From the NCBI GenBank assembly GCA_946562005.1, contig CAMNVD010000002.1:1-38701 (forward strand): a stretch of 38,701 bases of DNA, in the 5' to 3' direction. The position numbers and the translations under genes were made by a program. The stretch is from an uncultured Clostridia bacterium. GTDB taxonomy: Bacteria > Bacillota > Dehalobacteriia > UBA4068 > JAAVYR01. Shown in pieces: positions 33,193-38,701 of this stretch (its first letter is position 1; the number at the start of each line of letters is the position of its first letter). The notes under the pieces are model-generated. The model saw nothing but the letters and a program-made list of their open reading frames with translations. It searched no databases and was not told the origin of the DNA.

Positions 33193-34056
33193 ATGAAAAC
33201 AATATGGGACAATATTGAATGGGTAGTCCTGGGACAGCTGTTTTTGAAGGTGATTTTGATTATCATCGGCTGTCGTATTTTAGTGGCTATCGGGCGGCGG
33301 ATGATAAACAAAGCCTTCCAAATAAAAAGCAGTCATTCCCGGTTCCAGCCTGATGAAGGCAGAATCAAAACCCTGGATAAGCTGATGCAAAATATCCTTC
33401 GTTATACTATCTATTTTATTGGTATCATGATGATACTATCTCTCTTCGGGGTGAATACGGCATCTCTCATTGCCTCTGCCGGGGTACTGGGGTTGGCGGT
33501 AAGCTTCGGCGCACAAAACCTGGTGAAAGATGTGATTACCGGATTTTTTGTGATTTTTGAAGATACTTATAAGGTGGGCGATTTTGTCCAGATTGGTAAT
33601 GCTTCAGGCGTGGTGGAGGAAATCGGTCTTCGTTCCAGTAAGATCAGAAGTGATTCTGGAGAGCTTTATATCTTCCCAAACGGACAAGTTTCTACTGTAG
33701 TGAATTATTCTCGTGGCGTCTTTCAGTCAATCGTATCTGTAGGCATTGCCTATGAAGAGGATGTGGAACGGGCCATTGCTGTTCTCAGGGAAATGTGTGA
33801 AACATTAAAAAAGCATTTTCCGGAGCAAGTGCACAATGCTCGGGTTTTGGGTGTGGGCAATTTGGGGGATTCGGATGTCTCCATTGATATCGCTATCTAC
33901 ACGCCTTATGCGGATAGATTGTCCATGCGCCGGGAAACACGGAAACGATGCAAGCTCGTCTTAGATGAGGCGGGGATTGAGATTCCTTATCAAAAGCAGA
34001 TTCTTTATATCCAAAACCAGGAGGTGGAAGCATATGGCCGAACAGAGGGACATTAA
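33193..34056 (+). CDS. Mechanosensitive ion channel (MscS family)
   Basis: TM helices are followed by GLAVSFGAQNLVKDVITGFFVIFEDTYKVGDFV...G.VEEIGLRSSKIR. The ATG at 33193 behind AGGTGA is preferred to the ORF-track start at 33112. Confidence 0.85.
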   Translation: MKTIWDNIEWVVLGQLFLKVILIIIGCRILVAIGRRMINKAFQIKSSHSRFQPDEGRIKTLDKLMQNILRYTIYFIGIMMILSLFGVNTASLIASAGVLGLAVSFGAQNLVKDVITGFFVIFEDTYKVGDFVQIGNASGVVEEIGLRSSKIRSDSGELYIFPNGQVSTVVNYSRGVFQSIVSVGIAYEEDVERAIAVLREMCETLKKHFPEQVHNARVLGVGNLGDSDVSIDIAIYTPYADRLSMRRETRKRCKLVLDEAGIEIPYQKQILYIQNQEVEAYGRTEGH

Positions 34057-34234
34057 GGTAGGGGATATCTTAGAAATGAAGAAAACCCATCCTTGTGGCG
34101 GTCTGGAGTGGGAAGTGTTACGGGTAGGTATGGATTTTCGCCTCAAGTGTCTGGGCTGCGGCAGGATGATAATGCTTTCCCGTGGCGATGTAATGAAAAG
34201 AATGAAAAAAATAGTCAAATCTGCCGACGCATAA
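34034..34234 (+). CDS. DUF951 family protein (YyzM-like)
   Basis: MAEQRDIKVGDILEMKKTHPCGGLEWEVLRVGMDFRLKCLGCGRMIMLSR matches the B. subtilis YyzM pattern. A GGAGGTGG SD precedes it. Its position upstream of rpsF is conserved. Confidence 0.75.
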   Translation: MAEQRDIKVGDILEMKKTHPCGGLEWEVLRVGMDFRLKCLGCGRMIMLSRGDVMKRMKKIVKSADA

Positions 34235-34255
34235 ATAAAAAATTGTCAGTATGGC

Positions 34256-34284
34256 TTGCAATCAATGGTTTTTCATGGTAAAAT
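34256..34284 (+). promoter_or_regulatory. Sigma-A type promoter of rpsF-ssb-rpsR
   Basis: TTGCAA (34256-34261), a 17-nt spacer, then TAAAAT (34279-34284). Confidence 0.55.
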
Positions 34285-34354
34285 GATTTGTCTTATGACA
34301 AGGTCCCTGCCCCAGAGTGGGGCCGTTAGTCCAAAGGGAGGAGGTGAAGGATAG

Positions 34355-34642
34355 ATGCGTAACTATGAAGTAATGTATATTTTGAAACCTGATTATGATG
34401 AAGAAAAATATGCAGCAATTATGGAAAAGTATACTGCAATTATCCAAAATAATGGTGGTGAGGTTTTAAAAGTTGAGCCTTGGGGGAAAAGACGGCTTGC
34501 TTATGAAATCGAAAAACTCCATGACGGATATTATGTATTAGTAAACTTCCGCAGCGGCACAGACGTACCTGCTGAATTAGAAAGAAATTTCAGAATTTCT
34601 GATGAAGTTATCCGTTATTTAGTAGTGAAAAAAGAAGACTAG
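34355..34642 (+). CDS. rpsF: 30S ribosomal protein S6
   Basis: MRNYEVMYILKPD...WGKRRLAYEI..., 95 aa. Confidence 0.95.
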   Translation: MRNYEVMYILKPDYDEEKYAAIMEKYTAIIQNNGGEVLKVEPWGKRRLAYEIEKLHDGYYVLVNFRSGTDVPAELERNFRISDEVIRYLVVKKED

Positions 34643-34684
34643 AAGCGTACCTGCTTTTAGTAAGATAGCAAGAGGTGGATTCCT

Positions 34685-35116
34685 ATGTATAATCGAGTGA
34701 TCTTAATCGGTCGTCTTACTCGTGACCCGGAACTCCGTTACACTGCCAATGGTTCTGCTGTGGCAAGCTTTGCGCTGGCTGTAGACAGAAACTTCCGCAG
34801 CGCAAGCGGCGAACGGGAAACTGATTTTATCAATATCGTTGCTTGGCGTAACTTGGGAGAACGCTGCTCTGAATATTTATCGAAGGGGAAACTGGCTGCT
34901 GTAGAAGGCCGGTTGCAAGTCCGTAGCTATGAAGGGCAAGACGGACAAAAGCGGACAGTAGCAGAAGTTGTTGCTGATGATGTTCGTTTCTTATCCCCTC
35001 GAGATGGTGCAAGCAATAACCATAATAACGGCGGCGGGTCTAACAATTTTGGCGGCGGTATGGATGATTTTGGCGTAGGAAGTATGCCTAGCACCGATGA
35101 TGATGTACCGTTTTAA
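34685..35116 (+). CDS. ssb: Single-stranded DNA-binding protein
   Basis: MYNRVILIGRLTRDPELRYT... forms the OB fold. A Gly/Asn-rich linker and an acidic DDDVPF tail follow. Confidence 0.95.
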   Translation: MYNRVILIGRLTRDPELRYTANGSAVASFALAVDRNFRSASGERETDFINIVAWRNLGERCSEYLSKGKLAAVEGRLQVRSYEGQDGQKRTVAEVVADDVRFLSPRDGASNNHNNGGGSNNFGGGMDDFGVGSMPSTDDDVPF

Positions 35117-35158
35117 GTAAAACGGTAAGATAGAATAACCGAAAGAGGAGGGTGGATT

Positions 35159-35443
35159 ATGGCTGATAACGAAAGAAGCGCTCGTTTTGAACGGGGCGAT
35201 AAAGAATTCGGCGGCAGAGGCGGCAGAGGCCGCAGAAGCCGGAGAAGAGTTTGCAGTTTCTGTGTAGAAAAAGCAACTGATATCGACTATAAAGATTTGA
35301 ACAAATTACGGAAATATGTAACAGACAGAGGAAAGATTTTACCTCGTCGTATTTCTGGTAACTGTGCAAAACATCAACGTTGCTTGACTGAAGCAATCAA
35401 AAAAGCAAGAGTCGTTGCACTCTTGCCTTATACCAACGACTAA
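35159..35443 (+). CDS. rpsR: 30S ribosomal protein S18
   Basis: RRRVCSFC...IDYKD...[32 protein letters not shown]. Confidence 0.95.
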   Translation: MADNERSARFERGDKEFGGRGGRGRRSRRRVCSFCVEKATDIDYKDLNKLRKYVTDRGKILPRRISGNCAKHQRCLTEAIKKARVVALLPYTND

Positions 35444-35445
35444 TC

Positions 35446-35473
35446 AAAAAGGACTCGCAAGAGTCCTTTTTTT
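35446..35473 (+). terminator. Rho-independent terminator after rpsR
   Basis: aaaaaggactc-gcaa-gagtcc followed by ttttttt. Confidence 0.85.
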
Positions 35474-35599
35474 GTTACTGTCGGTTTCTATCTTTCAGGT
35501 TATTTTAGGGTGGTGGCAGGAAAATATAGGGAAATAACGAATCTTTAAGAAACAACTGTGCTTTTAGGACTTTGTCTCTATGTATAGAAAGGAACGAAT

Positions 35600-36790
35600 A
35601 TGACCAACTTACCGGATGAAGAAAAAACAGAACAATCTGAGCAATCTGAACAGTCTGAACGGCTGGAGGCTGAACAGATGGAGGAGACGCAGCCTTTTTG
35701 GGTAATGGAGGAAAAGCCGGCAGGTGATCCTAGCTTAGGCGTTCCCACTGATTTGCGGGAGGAAGAGGCTGGCTGGAATCAACCGGAAGAAATCTACCAA
35801 CAAATGACGCAACCTGCTATGCCTCAGGGGGGCGCTAGAGTATTGGTAGTAGGGGCTATGTGCGCTTGTCTTATGGTGGTTCTCGCTCTTCTGGGGCATT
35901 ATATGCCCTTTTTAAGTTTTATACTCTCCTTCATGGTGCCTCTGCCTATGGTGGTGGCGGGTCTTGTATGTGGGCTGACCACTGGTTTAGTGAGTCTAGC
36001 AGCGGCAAGTATTCTCATTGGGCTGTTTGTGGGGCCGCTGGGCGGGATTTCCATTGCTATGCGTTATGGCGTTATGGGCTTCGTCTTGGGGCTTTGCTTC
36101 CGGCGGGGATATACGGGGGGTAAGGTTTTTACCATTACGACCGTTGCGTCTACCGTTTCTATTGCGCTGGGTGTTTTAGTTTCTTTTTGGGTGGCGGGCA
36201 TTCCCATCCTGCTGGGCATCGAAAAAATGATAGCCTCTGTGACGGTGGTCTATGATGTGCTAGCTGGACAAGAACAGATGCTAGCCCTGCTCCCGCCGGG
36301 CATGGGCATGGAGGAATATATCGACATCCTGAAACGGACTACGGCAGCCATCCTTCCTTCGGTGTTTGTCATTTACTGTATGTCTATGGTTTGGGTAAAC
36401 TATCTGATTAGTCAGTTTGTGTTAGGACGGATGGGATATGGCATTACCCCTTTGCCTTCTTTTGCCCGTTGGCAAATGCCGCTGTCTATTCTTTGGCTTG
36501 CCATGCTGGGCTTGGCTTTGGGTATTGCTGGGAATTATCTGGGAATGGAGATGCTTTCTAATATTAGTTTTAATCTGCTTTATATGACCATTCCTTTATT
36601 TTTGCCCTGCGGGATGAGCGTATTATATTACTATTTGCGGCGGCGGGAGATTCCTCAAGTGATGAAAACCATGACGTTGTTATTCTTGATTCTTTTTGCT
36701 GCTTTTGGTTTTGTGCTTTTGGTAACAGTAGGGATGTTTGATACGGTATTTGATTGGCGCAGATTGCATGGCGCCTCCATAAGAAAATGA
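35600..36790 (+). CDS. DUF2232 (YybS-like) membrane protein, paralogue 1, with acidic N-terminal extension
   Basis: Polytopic membrane protein. The block ...GVMGFVLGLCFRRGYTGGKVF... is shared with paralogue 2. The N-terminus carries an (EQS)x3 repeat. Confidence 0.75.
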   Translation: MTNLPDEEKTEQSEQSEQSERLEAEQMEETQPFWVMEEKPAGDPSLGVPTDLREEEAGWNQPEEIYQQMTQPAMPQGGARVLVVGAMCACLMVVLALLGHYMPFLSFILSFMVPLPMVVAGLVCGLTTGLVSLAAASILIGLFVGPLGGISIAMRYGVMGFVLGLCFRRGYTGGKVFTITTVASTVSIALGVLVSFWVAGIPILLGIEKMIASVTVVYDVLAGQEQMLALLPPGMGMEEYIDILKRTTAAILPSVFVIYCMSMVWVNYLISQFVLGRMGYGITPLPSFARWQMPLSILWLAMLGLALGIAGNYLGMEMLSNISFNLLYMTIPLFLPCGMSVLYYYLRRREIPQVMKTMTLLFLILFAAFGFVLLVTVGMFDTVFDWRRLHGASIRK

Positions 36791-36811
36791 TTTAGAAAAT
36801 GGTATAAGGCG

Positions 36812-36840
36812 AAAAAGGACTTGCAGGAAAGTCCTTTTTC
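36812..36840 (+). terminator. Hairpin terminator between the DUF2232 paralogues
   Basis: aaaaaggac-ttgcaggaaa-gtcc followed by ttttt. Confidence 0.6.
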
Positions 36841-36958
36841 TGGTTGTTCTTCTCTTGTCGAAAAGCAGGAAAACGTGGAAAATAGGAAGAATATAAACAG
36901 GATATCATCGTAAGATGTTTTGTATGCTCCTGCAAAATATGATAGAAGGAAAGAGGCA

Positions 36959-38236
36959 ATGACGGAAGAACAAACAAAACAGATAGAACAAGTTACTCTT
37001 ATGGAAAAGATTGAGGAAAAGACAGCTGCTATTGCAAATAGCGAAAATATCGAAAAAAGTGAAATGGTCGAGCCGGAGATGAGCTTGGTACAGAAAATCA
37101 TCCTTTGTTTAATGAGCGCAGGGCTGCTTTTTGGAGCGGTTTCGATTCATGAATTTGTACCGGTGATTGGTTTCTTTGCTTATTTTATTTATCCGATTGT
37201 TGTGGCAAATCTGACTTATCGTTATGGTTATATCATGTCCCTGGGGGCTATGGTTATAGCCCATTGCCTGATAGGGGGCGTCTGGGACCCTTATGTGGCT
37301 CGTGCTGCCATTCTTGGGGAAGGGTTTATCGGTCTTCTTTTTGGTTTCTGCTTTCGTCGGGGGTATTCTGGCAAAGTGACTTTCTTGACGGTAGCGGGGG
37401 TCTTTACTGGTGTAGCATTGCTATTGCAGATGTTGCCGCTATCATCAGGCGGGGTCTTAGGGGCTATTGTTGAAGAGTTCTATGTGCGGACTATTTTTGC
37501 AAGGAAGCTGATTGGTTCTCTGGGGGCAGCTTTTGTAGCAGAGAGTTTCATGGTGTCATCGGAGATATCGGCGGAGCTGATATTTGCGGTACTTAAGTCT
37601 ATGATACCTGCTACCTTTATTTTTCAGCAGGCGTTCCTGATTTGGTTGTATTACCTGGCTATTGGTTTTGCCATGAAAGAAATGGGACGTAATGTCGCTG
37701 CTATGCCGGCTCTTTCTACCTGGCAGGTGCCTAGATGGCTGTTTTGGACGGCGCTGGCGGTAGGGGTCATTGACGGCTTCGTACCGTTTCGTGCTAGTTG
37801 GTTTTCCTTCCTTTGTGTGAATATTGCAGTTTGTTCGGTGCTGTTTTTTGTGGCTTGCGGCATTAGCGTTGGCTGGTATTGTTTCCGCTTTAGTCGGGTG
37901 TCATGGTTTTTGAAAGTAGTTGCTGTTGTCGTTGTGGTCTATTTCTTAAGTTATGGTCTGGGGGCCGCTATGCTTATCGGGGCGTTAGACGCTATCTTTG
38001 ACTTCCGTAAGCTGAGAAAGCAAGGGGACGCTGCACTGGCGGGCTCCGCTGGGGAAGCGGCAGTAGCCTGGGAAAAGGCGGAACTGGAGAAATCTCTCCA
38101 GGAAAAGATGGCTGAGGAAAGAACGGCAGACGCAGAAGCTCCAGGTGTGGTAGCAGAGGAAAGCCAAACCGAGGAAGCGGAAAAAAAGATAGAAAAGATA
38201 GAAAAGATAGAAAATCATCAGGATGAGGAAAAATGA
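36959..38236 (+). CDS. DUF2232 (YybS-like) membrane protein, paralogue 2, with acidic C-terminal tail
   Basis: The ATG at 36959 behind GGAAAGAGG is preferred to the TTG at 36920. GEGFIGLLFGFCFRRGYSGKVTF parallels paralogue 1. The tail contains a KIEKIEKIE repeat. Confidence 0.7.
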   Translation: MTEEQTKQIEQVTLMEKIEEKTAAIANSENIEKSEMVEPEMSLVQKIILCLMSAGLLFGAVSIHEFVPVIGFFAYFIYPIVVANLTYRYGYIMSLGAMVIAHCLIGGVWDPYVARAAILGEGFIGLLFGFCFRRGYSGKVTFLTVAGVFTGVALLLQMLPLSSGGVLGAIVEEFYVRTIFARKLIGSLGAAFVAESFMVSSEISAELIFAVLKSMIPATFIFQQAFLIWLYYLAIGFAMKEMGRNVAAMPALSTWQVPRWLFWTALAVGVIDGFVPFRASWFSFLCVNIAVCSVLFFVACGISVGWYCFRFSRVSWFLKVVAVVVVVYFLSYGLGAAMLIGALDAIFDFRKLRKQGDAALAGSAGEAAVAWEKAELEKSLQEKMAEERTADAEAPGVVAEESQTEEAEKKIEKIEKIENHQDEEK

Positions 38237-38260
38237 TTTATCATAGATGAGGAGGTTGGA

Positions 38261-38701
38261 ATGGTGAAAGTAATCTTATTACAGGATGTAAAGGCCTTAG
38301 GGAAGAAAGGCGATGTCAAAGAGGTGGCGGACGGCTATGCCCGTAATGTATTGTTCGCAAAAAAGCTAGCTATGGAAGCCAATAAATCTAATCTGAACAT
38401 ATTTGAGAATACCCAAAAGAAATTAGCGGAAAAAGCCGCTCAGGAATTAGCTGATGCCCAAGCCTTAGGCGAAAAGCTGAAAAAGCTGGATGTGGTGCTT
38501 CAGGTGAAAGCAGGAGACGGCGGTCGGCTTTTCGGGGCGGTTACCAATAAGGAAGTGGCCGACGCCATCAGTGCGTTAGTCGGACAGGAAATAGACAAGC
38601 GGAAGGTGGAGCTGAAAGATGTGTTGAAAATCATTGGTACCCACACGGTGATGATAAAGCTGCACTCTAAAGTTCATGTGGAAATCCCTGTTCGTCTCAT
38701 T
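38261..38701 (+). CDS. rplI: 50S ribosomal protein L9 (3' end cut by window edge)
   Basis: A GGAGG SD precedes it. [30 protein letters not shown] is a typical L9 N-terminus. The frame stays open to the window end. Confidence 0.9.
   Translation, partial: MVKVILLQDVKALGKKGDVKEVADGYARNVLFAKKLAMEANKSNLNIFENTQKKLAEKAAQELADAQALGEKLKKLDVVLQVKAGDGGRLFGAVTNKEVADAISALVGQEIDKRKVELKDVLKIIGTHTVMIKLHSKVHVEIPVRLI

Noticed and set aside
33054-33311. 85-aa minus-strand ORF
   Set aside because: It runs through the tandem and dispersed repeat and is antisense to the 5' end of the MscS gene. It has no SD and a repeat-derived peptide (…VILSAAHLSF).
36655-37101. 148-aa minus-strand ORF, and 36792-36977
   Set aside because: They are antisense to the 3' end and 5' end of the two DUF2232 genes and span the intergenic terminator. 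The sequence is low complexity with no SD.

Overview
This window is chromosomal DNA from an endospore-forming Firmicute, judged from a cotJABC operon, BclA-like collagen proteins and DUF951-rpsF-ssb-rpsR-yybS-rplI synteny. All calls come from reading the sequence and ORF track by eye; no database search or folding was run.

The flanks are ordinary. At 1-12.9 kb there is a type I toxin-antitoxin-like locus, a nitroreductase, a MATE efflux pump, an amidohydrolase plus TAXI-TRAP transporter operon divergent from a gamma-glutamyltransferase gene, trmO, an HTH membrane protein, trxA and tRNA-Thr. At 30.5-38.7 kb there are tRNA-Met and tRNA-Glu, membrane proteins, an MscS channel, DUF951, rpsF-ssb-rpsR, two tandem DUF2232/YybS paralogues and rplI.

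The middle (about 12.9-30.6 kb) is accessory and holds three items of interest:

1. An AT-rich island follows tRNA-Thr and begins with a large serine recombinase. Its cargo is a self-contained two-gene operon: a 167-aa unknown protein plus a ~1074-aa reverse transcriptase fused to a C-terminal HD phosphohydrolase domain. I cannot place this architecture in any characterised RT defence family, so it is the best candidate for an undescribed system. Next to it lies an XRE-XRE-heptad-repeat protein operon.

2. The spore-coat gene cotJC is split in frame by a 4.6-kb element bounded by a 9-bp direct repeat. The element carries a second large serine recombinase and two BclA-like collagen proteins, which resembles a skin/SPbeta-type developmentally excised element.

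3. A tandemly duplicated cassette has the layout of a polymorphic toxin/immunity locus with an orphan module. Each copy pairs a protein ending in EAGIR(L/M)D with a 2-TM membrane protein.
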